Of a stretch of DNA of 64,000 nt, positions 58,601 through 64,000 are shown one piece after another. The stretch comes from Schizochytrium sp. TIO01 (lineage: Eukaryota > Protista > Bigyra: Labyrinthulomycetes). Location: assembly GCA_004764695.1 (NCBI GenBank), contig SMSO01000033.1:496001-560000 (forward strand). Reading direction: 5' to 3'. A program made the translations under genes and the position numbers. Within the stretch, counting starts at the first letter, position 1. Each line of letters opens with the position of its first letter. The notes under the pieces are model-generated. The model was not told where the DNA came from and searched no databases. It saw nothing but the letters and a program-made list of their open reading frames with translations.

Positions 58601-61365
58601 ATGTTTACAATGAGCTCCTCAAAACGGGTTAGATTGGATTGGACAGAGTGCTTATATGCATCAATGTTCATGCTTGTCCATGTAAGAGTGATCATGCCAG
58701 GTCTGAGAGATAGGTCAAGATCTTCAATATGTAAACGTAACATATCCCGAGCCATGGGAAGAATCATACTTTGAATTCTGTCGTACTCCCTCAATAGGTA
58801 GGTAAGCTCATTAAAGTAATGCTTGAATTTATGCTCCTGTAATAACACCATTTTTGCAGCATTAGGGATCTCGATACCCAGCCGCGAAAGACACTTTGCT
58901 TCACGAATAAGTTGTAGAATTTCTGCATCAAAGTTGACATAGAGTTTTTTTGTCGTAGGATGTCTAATGATCAGCGTAGCTTGGAGCCCAGCGCGAGCAG
59001 ACTCGACAGAATTGCACCATGCTTCATACCAAAGATATTCAAAAGCTACAAGAGTCTTTGCAACTTTATTATAGGTCTTGATTATTCTTTTTGAGTCTTT
59101 GGTAGATAACACCGAAGCATTCATCTCAAACTTTCGCATGGGTTCCTCGATACGCCTCAACAAGTGACGAGCCCAAAGAATACTACCTGCAACTGGAGGC
59201 ATGTTGCGACTAATTGGTGGACTATGCTTATGTTTCTCATACAGCTCTTGCACCGTCGTCAGGTCAAGGCCATAATTATGAAAAATGACTGTAAGCTTAG
59301 AATCCAAATCTGCTTTCAGACTGTCACGTTGAAGAATACTCTGAAACTTTTTGAGCAAAGTCAGAGAAGCCTCAATAGATGTAATGGATTCGAATGAACG
59401 ATTGATAAACTGTTGCAGCTGTGCCTCCAGGTCAGTAATGCGCATGTTAAACTGAATATAGTCGCGATCATACTTGTTGTTGTAAAAGTCCAGCAAATCG
59501 TGTTGTTTGCTACGAAAATCGTGAACAATTCGATTAAACTGTACTGTGAGGCTCTCCATACCTTCGAGATTATGCTTTGCAAGAGTTTGAAATTGATGTA
59601 TCGTGGAGAACATATCAATCAGCTTAATGACGCGTCTGCAAAATAAGTCTATTTTCCCAAAAATTTGCATCTCGCTAAAATCAAACTGTCGACCCTTTGG
59701 GACTGCAAGAAGCTTGTCTTTTGTAATATGATATTGCTCTTGGTAGTGCTCGTTAAGTTCCAAACAGGCCTCTAAGGCTTGTAATAGTCTCTCTGGGTCT
59801 TGGTCCCAAATGCGATCCACAGAGTCGATTGTATCTCCACTATCCAGATTAAGCTGTGTCCTTCCCATGGTCTTGTGCCCGCCCATCTGAAATTGAGCCT
59901 TCTTAAAAGAGTCTGTGATGTTTAGCACCTGGCGATTGCCATTCTGAGGAGAAGATGGTCCTCCAGTAGGCCCACCGCCCGCAGTGTTTCCTCCTGCCGC
60001 AGTCTTTTTAGGATCCCTTGCAAGGAACTCCTTGCAATTAATGATGAGCTGATTAGAGATCTTCATAAAAAGCGTTGTCATACGTTCGGTCGTGTTATAG
60101 TACCTTGCAATTGTGTGGATCATCTTGATACTATTCATCAGAGCCGGGAGAGCATCGACAATACTCAGTGGTGTACCGCTATATAATGGTTCCACGAACT
60201 TCTCTAAAGTACCAAGATACTTAACATTGTCCTTGGCTTCATTTGCGGCTTCTGTGATGTTAATGTCGATTTGTCTCCAGCGTCGAAGCAATGATATGAC
60301 ACTCTGCATATTTAAATCGTTGTTGCTAGCTGCAGCTGCAGCCGCTGCTGCCAATGGACTTGATGCACCGCCATTAGTATTTCCGCTCCCGAATGCACCC
60401 AATGCATTCATGACACGTGGTTGCTGTACAGTTTTGGTCAGGCTCTGCAACACACTAATGACTGTTCTACACTCCTTGCTTTTTAGTTGTTCGGTGATTG
60501 AGGTAAGGCGCTGTGTACGACGTCTCCAGTATTCCAGCTCCGTATATGGCCCCTTCTCACCTGCGTCTCGCTTAACTTGCTCCTCGTCATCTAAAAAAGA
60601 CTCTACTTTCTCGCACCAGCTTCCTAGCAAATCAACAAAATGTGTTGCAACTTCAGGGGGGACACGTACTGAGTTCATACCAGATTCAAGCAATACTGGT
60701 TGCGGTTTGGCAAGCTCCAGTCCGGAAGAAAGACTCTTGAGATTTTCTTGGACTGTGTCTGTGAACTTAGTTAAATTTGTGCAAAACTCACGAGCTTCTT
60801 TCGCTGAGCTCTGTTGCCAATTTGCCTTGGCCTCGATGAGTGGCTTGAGTGTATGCGCCAAAACACTCTCGTAGGAGTCAAGGAGCGCAGCGTTTAGAGT
60901 ACCAAAGCTGATTTCATTGTCCCCAGCCTCGGATGGTGACAAGTCCTGTTTAGGACGATTTGCCACGCGTACACGTAAGAAGTAAACGCACTGACCCGTT
61001 AGTGCATGCGACGTACCATCTGTGAGAAAAAGAACAGGTCGGTCCTGCCTTTCCACTGTCTCGAAGGCTTTATTGGGAGTGCCATGGTCATGCGTTTTGG
61101 ACTCACGAGCTGGTCCTAAGCCATTCATCAGAGCACCTGTAATACTGATTCGATGCTGCTGTTCACCATCGTCCCGAACTAGCTTTTGACTTCTAAACTG
61201 GTAAAAGAAGAATAAGGTGTCGGGGCCATCGGAAGCGAAGAAGGCATTGATACTAGCAAGCGTTTCCTCGTCTCTCAGGCTCTTCTCTACGAATGCTTCA
61301 TCCCTCAAGCCAAGCCCTTCATTGATCTTTCCAATTACCCAGCGGTGCCGTGCTTGAAACGCCAT
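46684..61365 (-). CDS. Axonemal dynein heavy chain, outer-arm gamma / DNAH5-DNAH8 type
   Basis: Uninterrupted ORF of about 4890 aa from the first ATG. P-loops GPAGTGKT, GPAASGKS, GEAGTGKS, GVGGSGKQ; CFDEFNR; long N-terminal tail with GPYTELEYW and EAKDNVKYL. Confidence 0.96.
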   Translation of the reverse strand: MAFQARHRWVIGKINEGLGLRDEAFVEKSLRDEETLASINAFFASDGPDTLFFFYQFRSQKLVRDDGEQQHRISITGALMNGLGPARESKTHDHGTPNKAFETVERQDRPVLFLTDGTSHALTGQCVYFLRVRVANRPKQDLSPSEAGDNEISFGTLNAALLDSYESVLAHTLKPLIEAKANWQQSSAKEAREFCTNLTKFTDTVQENLKSLSSGLELAKPQPVLLESGMNSVRVPPEVATHFVDLLGSWCEKVESFLDDEEQVKRDAGEKGPYTELEYWRRRTQRLTSITEQLKSKECRTVISVLQSLTKTVQQPRVMNALGAFGSGNTNGGASSPLAAAAAAAASNNDLNMQSVISLLRRWRQIDINITEAANEAKDNVKYLGTLEKFVEPLYSGTPLSIVDALPALMNSIKMIHTIARYYNTTERMTTLFMKISNQLIINCKEFLARDPKKTAAGGNTAGGGPTGGPSSPQNGNRQVLNITDSFKKAQFQMGGHKTMGRTQLNLDSGDTIDSVDRIWDQDPERLLQALEACLELNEHYQEQYHITKDKLLAVPKGRQFDFSEMQIFGKIDLFCRRVIKLIDMFSTIHQFQTLAKHNLEGMESLTVQFNRIVHDFRSKQHDLLDFYNNKYDRDYIQFNMRITDLEAQLQQFINRSFESITSIEASLTLLKKFQSILQRDSLKADLDSKLTVIFHNYGLDLTTVQELYEKHKHSPPISRNMPPVAGSILWARHLLRRIEEPMRKFEMNASVLSTKDSKRIIKTYNKVAKTLVAFEYLWYEAWCNSVESARAGLQATLIIRHPTTKKLYVNFDAEILQLIREAKCLSRLGIEIPNAAKMVLLQEHKFKHYFNELTYLLREYDRIQSMILPMARDMLRLHIEDLDLSLRPGMITLTWTSMNIDAYKHSVQSNLTRFEELIVNMNDIIENRIEKNLKKVGKTILVDLPTGDGLLTLDEFVQKQEAFVKQQTRFLNAKNREIETAVQDLITHVRNYKFGEHSFAGPLSPTMVASDFASGQEMRSFKERESPVTFEHCEYILKHYNNMMYQGLLQATKNSLTAIKKRVCAKGSTGFLYLVKPFFEVDVQLSVPSVRLVPSLDEVQNCINKSAQSILWCSKSVWDWGQGVQLDLGFSSHNIIDDSGNEIQRVSFFERIGKDVQIVRSVLLLTGALLGTKNHVSDYLSQFTVYDWLWKDDMEYMYKKFIDRNPSIEDFEAELSRFVSIENQIRQIAGVHNIGALSLNTNNLKLQLQSEASQWKVQYSDKVHQQASEAMEKLLEYIRLTQQRVGREVNSLESLRYVMNVLKEVRERESTIEQEITPILDMYDMLDHYLPSGVVGKEEMDKKSIIRSSWRKLGDFAEEITDQLAGIQGKFKIQLTRDVKSFALEVASFRSSYLAEGPMVAGLKPKEAVERLRRFKSEFEVHARKQEILSAGENLFALKQTEYPDLVKTKKELALLDQLYSLYIDVVDTMDKYRNQLWTNCVKSVGDMASRVTEFEQRCKKLPAKLRDWDAYKDLRHDLSDFQNVLPLLVELSKPSIKIRHWAQVTKLTGKQFNIETGRLKELWHPTMLNNRESIEEVCHAADKELEIEEKIVQIKEQWAAEHFQFTKWRQRDCVVLKGFGQVIEDLEESQLSCQSMLSMRYVTPFREELVGILAQLSETGETLELWVKVQTLWMSLESVFMGGDIARQMPQDAKKFAKIDKDFHRVMDRAQDSFGNVLQSCSNDLLKNTLPNLYTELERCQKSLEGYLEQKRSRFPRFYFVSNPVLLQILSQGSDVDAVQPFYEKIFDAISQVTHSPDNNRSITELKNIVGVDEEVVKLSSPVQATGHIEEWLLALEQEMRNTMKDTCRAAAIECLDADLVEFINRFSAQFSLLGLQFNWTAQMTNALVNCRTNKNIMSETNKLQLAILTKLSSMCLTDLGSAMNRKKIETLVTIQVHQRDVTADIFRMFKDRRISSPNDFDWMKQARFYWTNSGTDGIGGAGACTVSVCDMDFDYSYEYLGCKERLVITPLTDRCYISLTQALGMNLGGAPAGPAGTGKTETVKDLGRSLGTYVVVINCSDQQRHTDLAKIFKGLCRAGIWGCFDEFNRIELPVLSVVAQQVLAITNAKRMQSATLTFPGDADSISIKHSVGTFITMNPGYAGRQELPENLKALFRSVAMMVPDREIIIRVKLCSVGYTKFTELAKKFNTLYRCCEEQLSAQQHYDFGLRNILSVLRTAGKTKRDHQDKDEHTLLMLALRDMNLSKLVAPDVPLFLSLIEDLFPGLMHTKVAEIGRQESSQDLDNTLTQVLAENDLQPHPSWVRKVHQVHETVLVRHGIIVLGPAASGKSACMETLAETLTRVNAVPTKLVRMNPKAIRAQEMFGECDPISQEWVDGVFATLWAKHNDRTRRDRTWLICDGPVDALWVENLNTVLDDNKILTLANGERISMSDNVKLFFETESLDNASPATVSRAGIIFVSETDLDWQPVLESWISKQQEAYRPILRDLFGRWIQTCDFFQGFIRLFPKALPRPRASLITSTFELMEGFIAEAKLSDSPSDAEQELERIFIFAFIWTFGALIESADRRKFDKLLRSIDSSEVLPNQANPDDTCFNYRLAFPETNWTSWDLPQWNPSGPKDHVSRFRNGFAQLQIPTSETVRSLYVLGQMEARKKPLLLVGEAGTGKSTLARMFADSLQRADDSMLFKTVKLSYSSTPRMLQEAVEGEVDKRGGKTYGPSNGQHMTIFLDDLSLPMANEWGDQPTLELARQLIETHSLAFLDKDKRGDFKTIEDVQFMAAMTRVHSMRDSSSSSSDDTSSPEVDDSVTKLGVPARLLRHFFVLNVPLPDQNSLTEIYSTMVKRYFACASTVSSEIDPSVLTKLTNMANKLVPASINVWSKIRAVLLPTPSKSHYFFTLRDLSRVFQGVFRVPFQVYIECGEKTIYKAWRHEVERVFADKLTCDADKVKMRGIADEVTLKELGKDTASQCYYSPAAAAPPPSGVSNTASSSSSASSSGGKKSSKKDGDTPSKSSSSSAASKEKELVQFVNFLRDPEYDEDGVIIAPAPQIYEPASSMNAVLERVSEFLEIHNEENPEKAMNLVLFRDALAHLLRAVRVLGLPRGNLLLVGVGGSGKQSIAKLATYIAQHDLFQIRLSKAYNRNALMEDMRTLYRVIGKERKSVVFLVTESEIREESFLEIFNSFLASGEIVSLFPKDELAVMASDARAIAVKEQPGFVDTPENLTRFFVDSIRNNLHLILCMSPVHPRYNERARQFPSIFTESYIDWFLPWPMEALQAVAEQHLLEFEMTCSDAVRASLIAHTGAIHSLAEQQARRYNDQLCASIHMTPKSFLSYLDQFKGMYSLRLDELIHKEKRMEIGLQKLATGASDVEQLKVVLAQEEVKLRAAEQACNNMISSLEQSSLQAKKEADSVSRIKLACEAEAALITEEKNAAEEDLKAAQPFLDEAEQAVNSIKPGDLNELKKLPKPGDIIKLTFDGVMILRMFKLKPVTLGKVNIGIGKDKKEIRFVQDSYTLCQKTMLADSSFLKSLFRFSAEEKDNINDETIELLMPYLELDGFSPVVARNASKACEGLCAWVIAMVKYHSASKVVKPKLEKLGLAEAKLEAALGELADAEKKLQGCKNKLEELQERFQAQMAEKQEIEDGTRRSRARMDKATALIEGLKDERERWGQDAQAFAESKKRLVGDCAVASAFLSYCGAFNQEFRVTLTQQCFVPDLLKRKVPVTIDSNANRFDLLAFLTDPVTIADFGSQGLPMDALSTENGVLVTQSMRYPLLIDPQGQALQWIRKREASRLPSFGTTTMQHPRFREQLEFCLSKGYSLVVTDVQEDVDPILDPVLDKLIISRARANYIVISDKPVDYDAGFSLFLITNLARGSFAPELQAKTTVIDFTVTMEGLEDQLLGQVIQKEQRALEEQLSEVLSSVTNNTRRLHMLNDELLERLTESSGNLLDDDALVSVLAGTKRAATEVKEKLQTAAETRVSIYEKREQYRAVAARGTALYFSIVAMSSLNPMYQTGLEQFITLFKFAMDIAERHNTIVRRVSSIIHMLTISVFRYVSQGLFKKDKLVFVLIVCLRCLVNRGVIQNEMLDVLLRGSADIETSSVPPKPMAWLPESGYFNALALAKSVPFFSSLPTHLVEKESLWHRWWESDHPEQVQIPDYESKLAADMVGDFYRLLLVRALREDRFALAARNFVAKSETIESHGHLHPFLGPAYIRNPNVTMDSIFRQTDAHIPVMYLLSTGGDPTEALESFCKRRKQRLTCVSMGASQGPVALKALGTAIAHGDWVLLQNGHLDLPFMEALNGILEKVENAMVGQAQDEDGTASETHNSGSTVSGAAVAGGAFSTNASNTDSTNPEDRLAVNSKFRLFITTEPHEQFPASLLQRSLKVTNEPPAGVKASMARYYAELVDQERIERVESDVWRKMLYITCFMHAVVQERRRVGPIGWTIPYQFTVGDLQASLSFIERHLFSNTEVSWPAIQFMVSEVQMGASVTDDVDRRLMGAFTEFYLQQTMLNPGASLGQVRSLSSGAIYAYDVPDYPELEQYMTVISSFPEGEDPADLLGLHANAQMSSLAQSSRGLLESILIMQPKSIAKTPPEGGEVTSETAVIGKAENLLEELPKIPSEVTSFEQIERLGGLSIPRNVVLAQELAHIRAIMSLVSSSLRELVAALKGFASMTDELSEIHDAIYLGKVPSSWARQSWRASTINGWLTGYQDRVEQFIGWLEQGAPACMWIGGFARPQAFLTAVKQEVTRAHAEDFWTLDNVEFVTQVTSFTEASHVRTAPKEGAYIHGLLLEGAGWNVPEQTLEEAAPKILSVSLPVLHITAANKVASKRNGAEYGPFGPYEAPLYHYADRRQFVMYISLPSKEHRPSHWTMRGAALVLSLET

Positions 61366-62044
61366 CGCGGCTGACGTATACCCACCTAAAGAACTCCACA
61401 CAAAATCGAACCAATGCGCAGGCCCCCACTGCTCCTTGATATGTCTTCGAACCTTTCAAACTGCTCTAGCAGCAGGCCTCTGCCTGGACCACTGCCCGCA
61501 CGAGCGCTTCGGCGTCTAATCCCTCCAAAATCCCTTCGTGTGCTCAGGCAATAAATTCCAAGGTGTTGTGGTCATAAAAACCTGCATTTCAACATCTTAT
61601 CCAAAAACAAAAATATGAAAAATAATTAGCTACTCCAATCTCGTAGGACCTTCTAAGGGCATCGGTTCTGCTAGTCCCAAAACGACTCTGCGGAAATTGT
61701 CAACGGTCAAATCAGTAAGTAAGGACTACTAGTACTAAAGTGCTTGGAGTAGCAGGTCGAATGTAATTAAGCTCCCAGAGTATGAACAACAAAGAAAGCG
61801 CCGGGTATATTTTTTTCGGGTATGTATTAGCCTCTCCCTTGCTTATGGGAGGGGTTTAGGTAGGCCATGGGGTATTAGCTACAGCTGGCTGTACAGGGGG
61901 GCTCTTGGATAGATGCAGGCAGGTTGGGAGCGCTTGCGAGACTGAAGCTGGTAAACTTACAGTGTAGAAGACTGTGACAGCAACAGCGAAGGGGACGATA
62001 GTCCAGGAAAGGGAAAGGGGAAAGCTAGGGAGGCAAGCATAAAG

Positions 62045-63217
62045 ATGCTGTCGAGATTGTCGAGATGGAGACGCCAGGAAGCAGGTGGAGAGAATGCAGA
62101 TGGCGAGGGAAATGAAGATGGAGACAAAGCTGTAGAAGACGTTTCGAGCAGCGAGGAAGATGACGAGGAAGATGACGAGGACGATGTCAGAGAACAGGGA
62201 CGACGTAAGCGAGGTGAAAACCGAAGTCATGGTGTCCCCCAAGACTCTCATGACCTTGAAGAAGGAAACTTGAGAGATTCAAAAAGTCAAAATGGAAAGA
62301 AGGAAAAGAAGAACAGAAGACAGTCTCTTAAGAAAGCTTCTGCAACTATAAAGAAAGATGATGAAGGTGGGATTGAGACAATCCGCGAACTTTCATTTAT
62401 CAAGCTCCCTGAGGCGAAACCAGTATTTGAGCGGCAGCATTATATCATTTCCATCATACTTGGGGTAGTTGTTGCAACATGGATTTTCGGGATCGAAGGG
62501 CTTTGCTTATTCGCTGAGAGCTGCATGTTCTATACTCATCGTCAGCGCTATAACCAGGATCACTTCAAACTGAACCTTGTGGACACAACGAATCCCCATG
62601 TACCAGCAAACGGAGCAATGGCGCTCTTCCTTGCTGCAATATTCGTAATATTTGTTCTAACTCCAGGCAGCCTTTACCTCACTCGAACAGAGACACGTCG
62701 CAATGTTCGATTGGCCAGTCTCGTTTCAATTCTTGGGACAGTTCTTTTAATTTTACTTGGCATTATCTTCTTTTCCAAGAGCCCCAAAGTCCAGTATGAC
62801 TATAATTCTTCGGCGCAGCGGCTGTATTCATCTGCAGAAGAAGCTAACAAGGCTGCTCGGAAGTCAAGCAGCATGTTTGGTTTCCTATTTTTTGCAGCAG
62901 CCAGCTTGCAAGCCACATTGGCTGCATACATTTTTAAGTTTTCGAGAGACGTACCTTTCGAGTCTACACGTCCATCAAGAATCCAAATCATTGCACGTCC
63001 CAGCAGGAAAGAAGATCCTGACATTGAAATTGGTGAAGCAAAGAGGAGAAGACGTCGCGGCAGCCTTAATTCGATCCAAAGTGGCAAGGATAACCGCTCC
63101 ATAGAAAAGAAGCAGCGCCGCCGTCAGTCCCACTTACAGAAGCACCGTGAAGCAGGTCCAGCTGATGATCATGAGCACGCTGGCGACGATAAAGATGATG
63201 ACGATGATCTGCTATAA
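62045..63217 (+). CDS. Four-TM membrane protein of unknown function with charged termini
   Basis: 390-aa ORF with four hydrophobic segments and acidic/basic low-complexity N- and C-termini. Confidence 0.8.
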   Translation: MLSRLSRWRRQEAGGENADGEGNEDGDKAVEDVSSSEEDDEEDDEDDVREQGRRKRGENRSHGVPQDSHDLEEGNLRDSKSQNGKKEKKNRRQSLKKASATIKKDDEGGIETIRELSFIKLPEAKPVFERQHYIISIILGVVVATWIFGIEGLCLFAESCMFYTHRQRYNQDHFKLNLVDTTNPHVPANGAMALFLAAIFVIFVLTPGSLYLTRTETRRNVRLASLVSILGTVLLILLGIIFFSKSPKVQYDYNSSAQRLYSSAEEANKAARKSSSMFGFLFFAAASLQATLAAYIFKFSRDVPFESTRPSRIQIIARPSRKEDPDIEIGEAKRRRRRGSLNSIQSGKDNRSIEKKQRRRQSHLQKHREAGPADDHEHAGDDKDDDDDLL

Positions 63218-63819
63218 TCATCGTCGTTTTTTTTCATTTGAAAACGAGGATATAGTGTGTTCAAAGGGAGGGAATAAAGAAAGATAATAATGAGCAAGTG
63301 CGGCATTTAATCTTCGAAGTCAAATTTGAAAGAGTCTTTTGACGAAACAGGAATGAATCTGTTTGGGTAGATAATCCATTTTTATGCATATATAGTAATA
63401 TTATATTTTCAAGTCGAAGTTCTTTTCAATCGAAGTAATCAACCGAAGCACTTAATCATGGTCTCCAGACGTATAAGTTAGCCTTAAGGCGGTAAAATAG
63501 CACCTTAAGAGCACGAACGATTTGTGCGAGTGCGAATGGATACGACCGAACAATTTCCAGCACACAAGCATGCGCACGAACGCCACACTACATTCTGCAG
63601 CCATTCGTCAAGAATTTGCGATATAATCGAATGTTCCAGTACCTGTAAGTCTCTAACCGATCGGCTTTAATATATCAATCACAACTGACTTAGTTAGGGG
63701 AAACCTAGTTAGAGTCTCCTCCCGTTCTGCTTTGCTGATCTTGATTGAGAATACTAATTCTAGGGTCAGACTACTGAATGTAGGAAGTAATGGGTAGAAT
63801 CGTCACTTACATGGTTTGT

Positions 63820-64000
63820 CTACTTGCGCACAGAGGCAAACATGTCGATGATTTCCTTCCGCTCCTGCAACGTGAGGTCCGGGTGCCAGACATCAAGGAG
63901 TAGTACGACACGATCTTCCTTGGTCTTGTTCCAGGTCTCATGTTCAAAGGCATCATCAAATACCAGCGCCTTGCCCTCCTCCCAGGCGCGCTCCTGGTCC
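63820..64000 (-). CDS. Aspartyl/asparaginyl beta-hydroxylase-family protein, 3' end (partial, runs off the window)
   Basis: Manual translation, absent from the ORF track: DQERAWEEGKALVFDDAFEHETWNKTKEDRVVLLLDVWHPDLTLQERKEIIDMFASVRK*. Contains the FDD.FEHE..N and R.VL..DVWHP motifs. Confidence 0.92.
   Translation of the reverse strand, partial: DQERAWEEGKALVFDDAFEHETWNKTKEDRVVLLLDVWHPDLTLQERKEIIDMFASVRK

Noticed and set aside
60113-60874. 253-aa + strand ORF and many other short ORFs inside the dynein gene
   Set aside because: Antisense shadows of a long coding sequence.

Overview
Eukaryotic, intron-poor genomic DNA with long single-ORF genes and microsatellite-rich spacers. The gene content (outer-arm axonemal dynein, PT-repeat surface protein, LRG..RRL prepropeptides) suggests a flagellated stramenopile, plausibly a thraustochytrid/labyrinthulomycete; this is inference, not a database result. 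Recognisable genes: cytohesin-like Sec7-PH ARF-GEF, MDR oxidoreductase, sphingomyelin/IPC-synthase-like protein, TFIIIC B-block-binding subunit, patatin lipase, FN2-like/PT-repeat membrane protein, TBC1D20-like RabGAP, DNAH5/gamma-type dynein heavy chain, a 4-TM protein and the 3' end of an Asp/Asn beta-hydroxylase-family gene. Two stand-out loci: (1) 37.3-44.5 kb, three adjacent genes that look like a Torsin-type system, with two signal-peptide-bearing ClpB-D2/torsin-like AAA+ proteins and a type II membrane protein with a degenerate AAA-like luminal domain resembling LAP1/LULL1 activators; (2) 30.1-36.5 kb, a five-member tandem family of secreted acidic Cys-rich prepropeptides, with three intact copies, one internally deleted copy and one truncated to a cationic amphipathic peptide, all sharing a conserved 22-bp upstream element. 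No rRNA, tRNA, CRISPR or recognisable transposase was seen.
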